DNA of 64,000 bases from positions 14,942,001-15,006,000 of the forward strand of contig CM075982.1 in NCBI GenBank assembly GCA_038087875.1. Direction: 5' to 3'. Within the stretch, counting starts at the first letter, position 1; every line of letters starts with the position of its first letter. Below the pieces are notes generated by a model that did not search any database, was not told where the DNA came from, and saw only the letters and a list, made by a program, of their open reading frames with translations. Source of the stretch: Malacoraja senta (Eukaryota). Of this stretch, positions 1-14,200 are shown one piece after another. Made by a program: the position numbers and the translations under genes.

Positions 1-412
1 TTGCAGTGGTGAGAATGCAATGAGATTTGCCAAGATGTTGGCTGGGATGGAGCAGCCAAGCTATGAGAAAAGACTGGATAACTGGATTTCTTTGGAGTGG
101 AGAGGGCTAAAAGATGCACATCGGTTGTACGGTTGAAGTTCTTTATTTTAGCAGTAATGTCCATGATTAGGGGGTGTAGGCTTATGGCAAGGGGTAGTAG
201 ATTTGAGAGCATTCTTTTTGTACCCAGAGCGTTGTTGAAAACAGGAACATGCTACCTGATAAGGTGGTGGAGGTAGGAACTCTCAACATTTAAGTGATCT
301 TTAAATGAGCATTTGTAATGCTATAGTGCAAAATGGAATGTGCAGAATGCTGAAAATTGAGTTATTAAAGCTAGATGGCTGGGCCGAAGTTCTACCTTTT
401 CTTGCTATATGA
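1..412 (+). mobile_element. Degenerate CR1 LINE 3' fragment
   Basis: Resembles the CR1 RT C-terminal and 3'UTR sequence seen at 4620-5070. Confidence 0.55.
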
Positions 413-2084
413 TTGCTTAAAAATAGAGAATGATTTTGGTCCACTACTCGCTATATGTATTAATTTAGGCTTAAAAAAAAATTCTCCGTGCCATTTTGTT
501 TTCTGTTATAAGTTTTGATTTTGGAAATCATGGTTATTTAATGCAGTGGATGAAAACTGTAATCAATGGCTACACCCTGTTTCTTGGAAATGGGAAGCAT
601 TTTTTGAAGCCATACTGTTTGTGCAATACCTACCATTTTGGTCATGGTTGCAGTGTTTGGCAGGGAGCGAGGATTGGGAGAAGAGAAGCTGGTTAGCAAT
701 GTAGGAGCAAAATTAAAGATGCAAAATTAACAAGTCTTGTTGCAACAGGGAGATAGATGATTTCCAAGCTGGGATGTTGCTGTTGATTGAACCTACCTTG
801 ACATGTATTATTTTACCTGAGACTTCAAACTGAACTTCAACATTCTCCTCTGTATAGTTTGTAAGCAATCCTTTTCCTAATTGAACCAACGGAAGCCAGC
901 ACCTTGGTATATTTAATAAATGCATCAGTATAAAGCAAAATTTGCTGGAGTGCAATAATGCCTACTGATTTCTAGTTGAATTTATGGTTCTTTAGCGGCA
1001 ATGTTTGTAACATTTTCCAATAATTGGCAGCTTTGTTGTTTCTATTTCAGCATCAGACTCATTTGAGATTGATTCAGATATCTCGCAGCCAACGGAGGAA
1101 AAAAAATCTTATTGTACCAGAATAATTCTGGGAATCCATTTTGATTGTAATGAAAATTTCAAACTTTGAAAGTATGGAAAGACATTGTAGATTATTTCCA
1201 GCTCAAACTAAATGAAATATTTTTGTAGCAATAAACATCAACATGTCTGTTTAAACTGAATGTGCATTTACTTCTGTGTAAAGTAGGTTATGCTAACAGA
1301 TACCAGTGAATAACCCTGATATTTTCCTCCATGTGACATATCAGTCACAATTTGGATTGTAGACTTGATACTGCTGGGGAATGGACCTAGAAATACTCGA
1401 TATGTCATGCACTTTCTCTTCACTCCCTGTCAGTCCTAAATCTGTTCTTCTTTTGTATTTGGCTCTTCAATAGATTGTAATTGTTTGAATTCAGAATTTC
1501 AGCCATTGGTGAACAATTTGCACCCCTGCCTGTAAAATCAAAAAATTATGGATTTTGGTTTACCATTAGGAACTTGTGCGCATAATCTGGAAGGATCATT
1601 TCAATTAAATTACTTGTTAATACCATCTGTAGTAAGAGAAAGCCACTAGGTGGCTTTGGATTAAGAGGGCTGATCCGTGGGCGGTTGCTGCTGGGACGCA
1701 AGTCGGGGCCTGATCAACTCCGGCTTGGTCTCCTGGGCGAGTGTGTCTGATGTTGTGAGACCCGAAACACCCGATGACCCCTGACGATGCATCCCAGCGC
1801 ATCTAGAAGATGTATCTTTCACACACACTTGAGCATGAGTCATGGCTTTAACCAATAAAATCCCTTGGTTCCATCTCGAGCAGCTAAGTTCTACATTGAC
1901 ATGAGAATACTTATTCCTCGATTAGTGTCCCTAAAACAAATTATTCTGATCATTTGTTTTTGGGACCTTGCATTGCATGAATAGTTAGATATTTCTGCAT
2001 TACAAGTATTCTACTTAAAATATGTATTGGTGGAAAGTGCTTCTACACGTGTATTTATGTGTTCTTGACGTCTTTCTTTCTCAG

Positions 2085-2251
2085 GGTGATGTCTCAGAAA
2101 CTGTGCGTATCTTTTTTGATCAGAGTAGTAGTTTCCCCCCAGCTCATAAGAGTGTGATGACTATTCACGATGTTGATTCAGCTCTCACTGAGCTTTCGAA
2201 AATGACCAGGGAAGAAGATCAACAGAAGGAGCTAGAGACTATTGCTTCAAA
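2085..2251 (+). CDS. LIG3: LIG3 exon (DNA-binding domain: [14 protein letters not shown]...ETIAS)
   Basis: tttctttctcag acceptor, gtaagt donor, ends in phase 2. Confidence 0.95.
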
Positions 2252-5200
2252 GTAAGTCTCGGGTTTTCAGCAATGTCTACTAATCGCGTGTTGAAACAAG
2301 GATGCTAATGAATTCAAATAACAGATCTGCATAAGTCTCAACCTCCTCTGTATTGGCAGTCTTGCGTGAAACAGAATACTGACATTTACCTGGATGAAAG
2401 ACCCTAAAGTGTTTGAATTGCACAATCAGTATTTTTCCTGGTAGAAAGTAAACTGAATTTCAGGTAGGTGTCCTCCACAGCAATCATACAGTTGTTGGGT
2501 ATGATGTAAAGTTTGTTCAGTAGTTTTGCCTGAAGTGCTTTTTTCCCCACCTGTTTTTGTCGTCGTGACTGTGGGAGGATTCATGTACACAGTATTTGAT
2601 ATTGTGGCTTTCATTCACTGACTAATTCAAAAACGTAGACAGAATATTTTCGAGTCACATTTTGTCATTTTTGTAGTGTCCCCACATCATATCTTTAATG
2701 ACTATTTATTGCTGCATTCATGACTTGTGTTTGTCTGTTTCTCGGGGTGAATACATTCTGGGCTGTGGCATTAAAACTTGGTTTTATAGCACAAAATAGG
2801 ATTAAAATAACAGGAGATGCTGATCTGATGTCTGTATGCACAATGGTATTATGTATTTCATAATGTATGTACTCACATCTATGCCTCTCAAAATTTTATA
2901 TACGTTACCCCTCATCTACTTACACTCCAGAGAAGAACTCCAAGTTTGTCTGACCTCCTTTTATAGCTAATGTTCTCCAATCTAGGCAGCATTCTCGTGA
3001 ACCTTTTTTTTGCATCCAAACCTTCCCAATTCCCACTCGACTATGATTAATGCTTCAAATGTGGACTAATGCAAGTTTTCTACAGCTGCAACGTGACATC
3101 TCAGCTTTTATACTCATTGCCCCAATTGATGATAGTAAGCATTCCATACACATTCTTTACCATCCTATCTACTTGTGCTCAACTTGCCGGGAGCTGTGGA
3201 CTTTCACCCCAGGATCCCTCTGTATATCAATGTGCCTAAGGGTCTTGTTATTTACAATATATTTTTCTCTTGCATTTGGCCTCCCAAAATACTCACACTT
3301 GTCTGAATTAGACTCCACCTATCAATTAATTGCCCAAATTTCCAAATGATATATATCCTGCTGCATTCGTTTACAACTTTCACTATCCATATATTTATGT
3401 ATTACAAACAGCAAGGGTCTTGGCATTGATCATAATGGAACACCACTGGTCATAGACTTCTAGTCAGGAAAACATCCCTCTATCACTATCCTCTATCTGC
3501 TACAGACAAGCCAATTTTGAATCTAAATTGCCAACTTGTCATGAATCCCATATGATTTAATCTTCTGGATTTGTGTATCATGAGAGACCTTGTCAAATAC
3601 TTAATTATGTCTATGTAGTTAACATCCATTGCCTTAGCCTCATCAATTATCTTTGTCACTTCTTCAAAGAGCAATCGTATTTCTAAGACAGGACTCTCCT
3701 GCACAAATCCATACTGGCTATCCACAACAAGTCTGTGCTGTTCCAAATTATAGTAAACTCTGTTCCTAAGAGTACCCATGTAGCACTTACTGGGCTTTAA
3801 TTTCCTTCATTATCCCTATTGCTCTTCTTAAACAAAGCTACCCCTCTTATCTTTGAAATAGCCACAATAGTCATGAAATCAATCTTTCCTTAAAAACCAA
3901 TATTACTTGGCATTGTTTTTGATGTTTGATTTCGTTGCCCTTTATATGACTTCACTTAGTTTAATATGGGCCCTGCCTTACTTGAAGATTGCATTATCTC
4001 CATGCTAGCTTTTTACTCTTATTATGGATAAGGGAAATAGGAATTAAATACTCACCAAATTCCATGGTTGGTCTGTAGAAATGTTGTGGTAAATGAACCT
4101 CGACTTGTCCCAATGTAACTTGTATGTTTTCATGAAGGGAGTACGATAACAAATGGGAGAAGTAGAACATACTGCCCATTCATTGGAAATGCTCATAGTT
4201 GCTTTATATTTAACCTCCAATGCCACTTTCCTAACCTCAAAAAATCTCTCGAGTAGTTTAATGTATTTATTGCTTTCTCTGAAATAGACGATTGCAAAGA
4301 TTCACTACCCTCGGAGTAAGTTCCTCCACATCCATCTTCATCTTAAAACTGCACTCCCTTTTCCAGACTCATCAACCAGGGAAACGCGTTCCTAACATTT
4401 ATCTTGTCAAACCCCCTCTGGATTTCATGTGTCACTAGATTATCTTTTGTTCTTCTAACTTCTGAGAGAACAAGTCCATTCAGCTCACTGGACAACTCCT
4501 TCATAAAAGGAATCAATCTTGAGTCTGCACTGCATGCCTATTCTTCTTCTAAATAATTATTAGTTAGACTGCTCTTAATTGTGTACAGGATGTATATGAT
4601 AATAATAGAGAGCATGAGAAAAGATTAAAGTAGGTGTTGCCTGGAATAGAAGGTTGTAATTATAAGGAGATATTGGACAGGGTGGGCACTTATTCTCACT
4701 GGAACATAAGAGGCTGAGGGGTAACTTTTTAAAAAAACATTTGCAAAATAGATGGACAGAGGGTCTTTTTTTTGGCCTGGCAGTGGAGTCTAAAAGTAAA
4801 ACACAGACGTTTAACGTGAGACGGGAACAATTTCAAGGAGATCAGAGGGGTACGTTTGTTTTCACACAGAATGGTCAACATCTGCAATGATTTGCCAGTG
4901 TTTGTGGTAGGTAGATGCAATTAATATGTTTCTAAGGCATTTGGACAGGTACTTGGAAGGGCGAACAGAGATAAGGACCCAATGCAGGCAAATGGGTTAG
5001 CATAGATGGATATCACAGTTGGTGTGGATGTGCTGGGCTTAAAGGCCTGCTGTGCTATACATCCTGTATGGTTGCAGTCAAATTTAATTATTTCATCTAC
5101 CTTATAATGAATTATAGTCCATTTACCTTCCTAATTACTTGCTTTGTCTGCATAATAACTCTCTCTGAAGACTAGCTTTTAATAACCACCACCATTTAAA

Positions 5201-8200
5201 TCTTGTTTACTCTTCACACTAAAGTGGATAATGTGGCATTTCTCTACATCATAATGCAAATGCTACCTTTTGAACCAATGTTTTAGCCTGTCTAGAATCC
5301 TTTGTAGAGTATTTGTATTATCCTTTCAACTTGCTTTCCAGCATATCCTTTGACCTCTAACATATAGTCAGAAATTGTACATTTCGTTGTTCCTCCTTCC
5401 GTCTTAAAATGATTATGCAGCAGTCACTAATCTCAGAGTTTTGTTAATTATTTTTAATTAATCACTCATCACTAAAATGTATCAACTATTCCCTGATTGG
5501 CTTTACTGCTTGCTTTTAGATTTTTTTGGTGCATTTAATAAATCTCTTCCCTTCAGTTACTCTCTAGCACCTGAATGTACAGCTGTGTCATGAATAGCAT
5601 GCATCCTGGTAGGATGGTCATAAAACTAATTGAAAGTGTGGTCTTTTGTGTTTTGCAGATGCACAGCTAATGACTTGAAATGCATTATCAGGTTGATTAA
5701 ACATGACCTCCGGATGAATTCTGGTGCAAAACATGTGTAAGTGAGATGATTCAATCTTTGCAAATTTAAAATTGTATATTCTGATATACCTTTCACCTTG
5801 CTTTTAAGATCTTCTATCCTAGATGTTCTGGTAATTTAGACCCAGGGATAAATATTTTTTATTCACATTTTTAATTTTGATGGCTTTATCATGTAAAATG
5901 CAGACTGTTCAGCAGCTATAGCTGTGTCTCATTGGTAAACCTGAGCGACTCTGCGAGCTACAACATTTGGTGAACTAATTTCCACAATACCATCCCTACT
6001 GATTTGGATTAAGTTTGTGGTAGAATTTCCGCGGTAGAGTTGCTGCCTTAGAGTGCTTGCAGCACCAGAGACCCGGGTTCGATCCCGACTGCTGGTGCTG
6101 TCTGTATGGAGTTTGTAAATAGTCCCCTTGACCTGCGTAGGTTTTCTCCGAGATCTTCAGTTTCCTCCCACATTCCAAAGACGTACAGGGTTCTAGGTTA
6201 ATTGTCTTGGTAAATGTAAAAATTGTCCCTAGTGTGGGTAGGATAGTGTTAAAATGCAGGGATCGCTGGTTGGCGCGGACTTGGTGGGTTGAAGGGCCTG
6301 TTTTCGCACTGTATCTCTAAAACTAAACTAAGTATAACCAGGTGCAGTGAAATTCCTTGTTCGCTTGAAATTTATTGAGTATATGGTAATGAAAGATGGG
6401 GACAGTAGACTGTTGAAATGAAAGGTTGAAGATGTTGAGTGAACCTCCCTGTTCATTCAAGGTTTCTGGTGGGATAGATACTAATTGTCCTTGTTGAAAT
6501 GCAGTTGTTGACTCATTTCTTGCTGAAACTGGTAACGGCTGAGATATCTTTTCAGGCTGGATAAAGTGGTCTTAAACATGTTCCACTCCACAGATTCCTT
6601 GAATGCTGCGGGGAGGTGTGTCTGTGTACACATTAATATTCTATAAAATGTAATTTCATTGCATGCAGTCCATTCACATCAGTACTTAGGTAGCTGTTTC
6701 TGCATTCTTTACCAAGTATACCAACGAATTATAACATTTTTAAAAGTAAGGTTAGAGAAGGCACAACATAACATCAATAATCTGGGTAATGCTCATTTCA
6801 AATCTTCGATGCATGTCTCATTTTTGTTAACCTCCTGGCCTTTTTTGATCATTCCTCCAGAGGTGTGGAATACTCAAGTTACCAACTCTGATCGAATTTG
6901 ATGAAGTACATTAGTCTTGATCATCCTTTACAATTACTAATTGGGTTGAAAGTCCAATTTTCTTTTATTTTAGATTGGATGCTCTAGATCCCAATGCTTA
7001 CGAAGCTTTCAAAGCTTCTCGTAATTTGCAAGATGTGGTTGACCGTGTTCTACAGAACCAACAGGAATCTGAGCGGGTACCAGGAATGAAGAAAATACTC
7101 AGTGTTAAGGCCAACCTTTTAACCCCAGTACAACCAATGCTGGTAAGGAATAAAATGCTTATTTCACTCTGTCTAATCCTTTGTGACAGATTGGTTCCCA
7201 TGTTGCTGGGACTTGGGAAATGCATGTTGCCTGAGACTTAGCAGGTTAAGTCTCAGGTGAAGGTGCGAATTGAATAATAGAGATGGGATTTGTCTTTGTC
7301 AGAACCGAGGCACTTAATTTAATTTGAAAGTAATTTTGGAAGTTGATTGTAGATTTTATGTGTTTTACTACTGCTTCAGAAAGATCAACAATGTCTTTGA
7401 GAGGTTAGGACACAGTTTTATGAACTATGAATACACATTTTTTTCACAGTCAGATTATGAGGAGAAAGATGCATGTTTCCTTTGCAGAACTATCGCCAAG
7501 CCTGCAATGTTCCTCTTTTTGCCAATCATTTGGTAAAAGCCCAGGGTGCAGGTGATCAGAAGGTGATCTGTCTTTGTGTAAACTTCAACTTTTTCTACCC
7601 AAGCCACTTTCCTCCGCATCCAAAATTTTGCTGACTGAGAATTAATGACACTTCATCTGCTCAGTCCAACAGTGAGCATCTGTGGGCATGTCATAATGAT
7701 ACTGAATACTGCACTTTGTAGCACAAGTCTCCTGATGCTTGTTGGAAGTGAGATTCTTGTTTTTAGTTTCTCCCTGGGATCAACTCGTATTGTTTCCCAA
7801 AATAGGTAAAACTCATTTTGTGAGTTTTGGAATTTAATCCCCAAAGTTTCCTCGGAACATGTGATTAGCGATGTTTATTCTGCTTGCAGTTTTATGTCAC
7901 TTTTACACGCAACAATGCTTTTCATTGGCAATCTATCAGTGGGAATACGATATAGTATATAGCTAGTATTTCTCAAAGTAGCTTATAAAGCAAAGGTGAA
8001 TTAATTGTTTTTATTTTGGAAAATGAGGGTCTGCTGTGATGAATTGTACATTCAGGTGGATTTTTTAAAAACTGCAACTGCAAATGTTTGACAACTTTGC
8101 AGTAATTCATCCAAACCCTTGACAAGATTGCATCTGTTTAGTTATGTATGTTATTAACATATCCATGGCAGAATATTACTGAAGGTTAGAATGCATGTGA

Positions 8201-11200
8201 CAAAAGTATCAGATGAAAGATATTTTATATTTGTCTATATTGTCTTACTCTAACTGGATATTTAAAAAAAAAACAATTCTGACTTCAGGCTGAAGCCTGC
8301 AAATCAATTGAATATGCTATGAAGAAGTGTCCAAATGGAATGTATGCAGAGATCAAATATGATGGGGAGAGAGTTCAAGTGCACAAGAATGGAGACACCT
8401 TCCAATATTACAGCAGAAGCCTGAAGCCTGTGTTACCACATAAAGTGAGTATCTTTCTTGCTTCTCAATTTATCTGTGGGTACTGAAACATTCTTTCACT
8501 TAGACCTAGTGTAGTGCTAGGGTGGGTAGGAAGTGCTAGTACACTTAATTATGAATGTTTAAATGTATGATTTTCTACTATCTCTAAATAGCTTCCTGCT
8601 TCTGAAATTGATGGTTTATTCTGGCTTTTAGTCTTTGGACAATTATACGTCTACAGTTGAGAAGGAATAGAGGAAAATCATGGCAATTGGCATAGTCTTG
8701 CTGGGATCTCTTCACGCTGTTCGTACAATTTGCAAGGAGTGTGTAATGCTGTTCTCCAGCTCTTGCATTTGTTGCTGTTTGGTCAGCATAAAATGTCATT
8801 ATCAACATGGAACCAAGATTTGGATCGATAACTTAATCTCACTGAAGTACTTTTTTTAGTGCTGATCAATTTAAAGTTAGTCCAAGTACAAATCATTCAC
8901 TAATTCTTGAATATACTGTACCGTTTGAGTAGAGAAAATCTTCTCCACTAAACTGCAAGCCCGCATCCTGATATTATGGCCACTATTGCTGGATTTTCCA
9001 ACTATGTAAATAACACCTCAGCATTGATCCTGCAGATTTTATTATTTTACAATCCTACAGATTTTACTAGAACAGCCCTATAATCCCATTTTGCACAATT
9101 CCTTATTGGAATCTGAGAACATTGTAATAAGAGGTAGAAGAGATGAGGATTATTGAACTTGTTCAGAAATTTGCTACGGTCGTGGTTGATTCTGTATCCT
9201 TTTGCATCTGATTTTCCCCAAATCTTCTAATTTCTTTTGTGTACATTTTCTTTGAATCTATGACTTTGGTGCCAATGATACTCTGGGGCAGAGAATTTTG
9301 AACAATGATGAAATTTCTCCACATCTTGGGCATTAATGGCTAACCTTAATTCTGAAATTCTACCCCCTTGCTCCACATTCCGCAGCAAAATAAATGACTT
9401 TGCATCATCTACTTTCAGAATGAGTTTGTCATTCATTCTTTAAGATTCTAGTGAGTATAGGATTTTCCCCCTTTGTCCTCCCACTACTGCCGTATCATTG
9501 GAATCTATCTACTGAATATCCTCCTGTGATATAGAGATTAGAATGCACATATTCCATGTCTGTTCATGTCAAGTTACAATTCCAGCAAGTTCCCTAGTTT
9601 AGCATTCCATATCTATTATAATAAAGGTGAATGAGCAGACAAATGGTCTGAAGAAGGGTCTTGACACGAAACGTCACCCATTCTTTCTCTCCAGAGATGC
9701 TGCCTGTCCCGCTGTTACTCCAGTATTTTGTGTCTATCTTCGTAATAAAGATGAATATTCCATTTGCTTTAAAATTGAATGCTGCACCTATATGTTTCTG
9801 AATTTCATGAACCAGGAGGCTAAGATTCCTTTTAGCGCCAGCATTTTCTAATTTCTTAACATTACTTGGGAAATTCACCATAGAATATGGGCTCAAGCGG
9901 GTCTTGAATCTGTGATCTTTGGATTCCTAGATGAGAGTATCATAAACATCCTGTTGGCATCTCTATCCCACTCCCAGATAGCAGTGTTGTAAAGGTCATC
10001 TAAATACTATAGCATTCTCATTTTGTATTCTAGGTTGCTCATTTCAAAGATTTCATCCCCAAAGCTTTTGTTGGTGGTGACAGTATGATCTTGGATTCAG
10101 AAGTTCTGCTGATTGATACAAACACTGGAAAACCACTCCCATTTGGAACGCTGGGCATTCATAAGGTAATTTGATTTGAAACAACCAGGTTTAATTTCTC
10201 TCTCCATTGGAATTAGCATTGATTTATAGGCAGTTGGAATCAAGTGCATCGTTGAATGACAAAAGGGGAATTGAGGAGCATACATAAAAATAAACTTGGA
10301 GGGTGAAAAAGGGGTATGAGGTGTAGATTAGATGAAGGATAATCCATATTTCATCCATAATTTTATATACTGTTGATTTAAAAGCGTATAGTTATGTTTG
10401 AAGCTCTATTGAGAGAAACTACATAGTTCCTTGGTAATTGGTATTTAGTTCTGAGCCTTACAAACTGTACATTTCCTTGGTTTAATAACTTAAGATGGCT
10501 GATCATGTCAGGTTAGCAGTTGTCGTCTTCCGTGGATGTCTCATTCCTCATTTCCATACATTCCTCACATTTGGGCAGATTAGGCTCAGCTGGGAAGCAT
10601 CCCATACTCTTGTAGTTCACTGACAACATCAAGACACTGATAAATTATGCCCATCAACGAAAGGTAAGAGAAGGCTGCCAACAGTAAAGCCATCACGCAC
10701 CAATGATTGAAAGTTTCATTACAAGGGATGGGTACAAAATATTCTTTTAGACTCGTGAAATTGTCCATTCCAGCGTTGTATGTTTAATTTGTAAGGAGAA
10801 AAAAATGGATGTTTTATTTTTCTCTTGCAGAAACTCGCCTTCAAGGATGCGAATGTTTGCCTTTTTGTATTTGACTGCATTTATTTTAATGGAGTCAGTC
10901 TCATGAACAGGTCTGTACAACCCCATTGTTAGTTTTGCTGAAAACAGATTGTTTTTGATCATTATTGCTGCTGTTTGTTGGAGGTTGCTGTGGGGGAAAT
11001 TCATGCTGTTCTGCTCTTATAGAATGGCTGCTTCTAAAGTACAATGGAGTATAAATTGCTTTGAGATGAACTATAAAGGAATATAACAATCATTATAAAA
11101 TCGCGAGATGTTTTGTTTGAAATTCCCTCTGATCCTGGCATCATATTGAGGCAACAGTGTTTAATGTGTAATTGAGTTGCTGCCCCCTGAGGCATCAAAC

Positions 11201-14200
11201 AATGCAGCACAGAAGCTGTCCCTTGAGGCGTAGAAAAGCACCACACAGAAGGATATAATTTGCTCCACTGCTATGGATGAGAAATATTTGCCTTCTGTGC
11301 CTTAAGACTCTGATTCTGTGACTATTAACTGAATTGTTCTTTAAAAGAGCTGAATCAGTCTTACAAATTACTCAGTGTGTCAAGCAGCATCTGCAAACCC
11401 TTGTTATTGTTTTCAATCAATGAGCATTCACTGAGTCTATCAGTCTTGCCCTTGTGTCTTTTTGTTTCCATACCACAGTAATTATTCCCCTGAATGTATC
11501 CAGTTCCTTCCTGTAGGCAATTATTGAGTTTGTTTCCACAGTCCTGTTGGCAGGGCGTTTCAAATCCTAACCACTCATTCTGTGAAAATGTGTTCTCCTA
11601 TTGCCTCTGGCTCTTGTCAGTCATGTGAAAGGTGTTCTCTAGTTATTAACCATTCCAGTCGCAGAAAGCAGTCCCTTTATTTACTTCAGTAAAATGATTT
11701 GTCCATTAAGCTCCTAATGCCTGATCTGTCATTTAATGTCATGGCCAAACTTTTAAGAGTTCAAGAGATATTTATTATCCCATGCACCAATTGGTACAGT
11801 GAGATTTGAATTACCATACAGCCATACGAATAAAAAGAACACAATACGATAGAATTTAACATGAATATCCCCACACAGCAGAATCAATGTTTTCTACTGT
11901 GAGGGAAGGCGATAAAGTTCAGTCCTCTTCCTTTTGTTCACCTGTGGTCGGGGCCTTTGAGCCCTCCGCTACGGGTGGCCCGATGTTTCAGGCCCTCGTG
12001 CCGGGATGATTGGAGCTCCGGCGTCGGAACGGAGAACACTCTCAGCGGTTTGGAGTTTTCGAATCGGCCACTTCCTACCGGAGCCCGTGGCTCCCGAAGT
12101 CCACAGGCCGAGCTGGGCGGAGATTCAACGCTGGCAATCCCCAGCAAGAGATCCCAGGACTGCGATGTTAAAGTCGGCGCCGCCCGCGGCTGGAAGCTCT
12201 GCAAACCACAGCTCCACGGTGTTAAACAGCAGTCCTAACACTCCGGAGCTCCGGTCATCCCCGATAAGGCATCGTCCCGCTCCGCGATGGAATCCAGTGC
12301 TGCGCCGCTGCTGAAGCTCTGGCCGGTCTCTGGCAGAAAACGCCATGCTAATTCAGTTGGTAGGCCGCGAGGAGGGGGGCGAAGATGCGACTCGGAGAAA
12401 AGACGCATCTTCGACCAGGAAGTGACTGAGAAAACGGTTTCCCCCTCCCCCCCCCCCCATAAAAAAGACTGAGAAACCTCCAAAAACATACTTTTGACAC
12501 AACTAAAAATAACAAAAAGAGTGAAATGACAGACAAGCTGCTGGCGAAGCTGCCACGCGCGGTGCCACCCGATGACTTATTTTTACCTTGCCATCATGCC
12601 TTTTCAGCACTAATTCCATATTCTTTGATTTTGTTAATATCCATAGAAGCATTTAAAGATGTGTTTGTACATTTATTGAAGTATTTATCCTAGTGTTGCC
12701 ACTGATTCGTGAGAGACTTGAGTGCTCTTCGTTGAATCTTTTTCCTCATTTGGTTTTCTTTTTTCAATTTTTATTGGTTGGGATACCCGGTAACTTCTAG
12801 CAGCTCACTTTATAATTCTAGCTTTTCACAAAACTATGAGCTGTACTGGCCCAATGGCCATCCTTATCTCTAATTATGTTTATGGTTTGTATTGTTTGCA
12901 GACCAATCAGTGAACGAAAGCAATTTCTATGTGATAACATGGTTGAAATTCCAAACAGGATCATGTTTTCGGAGATGAAGCATGTAACAGTAAGCAGTTC
13001 TTTTAATTTTTAAGCAGTATGTTTTCGCATGTAGTTATTAGTAAAATTATTTAACATCCTTTGATTTTGATTTGGTATTGAATTGGTATTGTTTGAAAAG
13101 TAATTGCCAATTCATCAGAATATCTGCGAGGGAGAAACATAGTAGATTTGTACAGGTAGGAAAATAAACTTGGCCACATGTTTATCTAAGCAGGATGTAC
13201 GAGTTATTGTAATGCTGTCAATTCACACTGCCACAGGCATCTTGAACCTGAGTTTGCCTTGCCCCTTAATAACATGAGGTGCTATGAATATAGAGATTGC
13301 CTGGTACAGGTATTGTTTGAGAATGTCAAATCCCTAAGTTATGGATTACTACACTTGTAAACCATTTTGTCCATCTTTTAGATCTCAAATCAAAAGTTTT
13401 AGCTATATGCTAATAAATAATAACCATTTGTGGTTCAGTGTTCAATCCTGTGAAGTTTTTTTCTGTATTGTCATGTGATAGGAGCAGAATTAGGCCATTT
13501 GGCTCATCAAGTCTATTCCACCATTCAATCATGGCTGATCTATCTCTCCCTCCTAACCCTATTCTCCTGCCTTCTCCCCATAACCCCCGACACCCGTACT
13601 AATCAAGAATCTGTCTATCTCTGCCTTAAAAATATCCATTGACTTGGCCTCTTCAGTGTTCCGTGGCAAAGAATTTCACAGATTCACCACACCCTGACTA
13701 AAGAAATTCCTCCTTATCTCCTCAAGACTTGAAAAAAATGTAAATTGTTGATTCCTTCCATTGGAGATTGCTGATTTTGTTCTTTCCATTAGTCCCTTCT
13801 GATATAACTGAGTGGTAGCATGTTTCTAAAAGCTGCATCACTCCTAGGAAACTGGTGTTTAAATTGGATTATTTTGAATGAAAAATAATAACCATAAAAA
13901 CCCATCTATATATGTTACATATACAAAGATTGCTGTAATTAGCAAAGCAGCTAAATCCTGAAGGTTAATTTTAATCAAACTTCTGTTAGCTATTCCATTG
14001 GTGATATATGAACTTTCACTTTAATTGCACAATGTATGTTATATTGAATCTCGTTACATGTCTGATGATATACATAGTTTATCTTAATAGATATTTTTAA
14101 TTCTATAGGTCTGCAGCATCAGTTCTAGAGATTAGGGCTTCGTGTTAAATAATTGACATACAATTTTGGGTACATTTTTCCACAACATAATTGCTGTGTT

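Noticed and set aside
1617-1860. GC-richer island in the first LIG3 intron with short - strand ORFs
   Set aside because: Probably a repeat fragment, but no termini, motif or second copy is available to classify it.
6030-6100. tRNA gene
   Set aside because: B-box present but no full cloverleaf; continues into a SINE body found in several copies.
11938-12536. Cluster of overlapping 60-100 aa ORFs on both strands
   Set aside because: By-product of a GC-rich repeat with few stop codons; no domain motifs, and frames are not conserved in the related copy at 26.6 kb.
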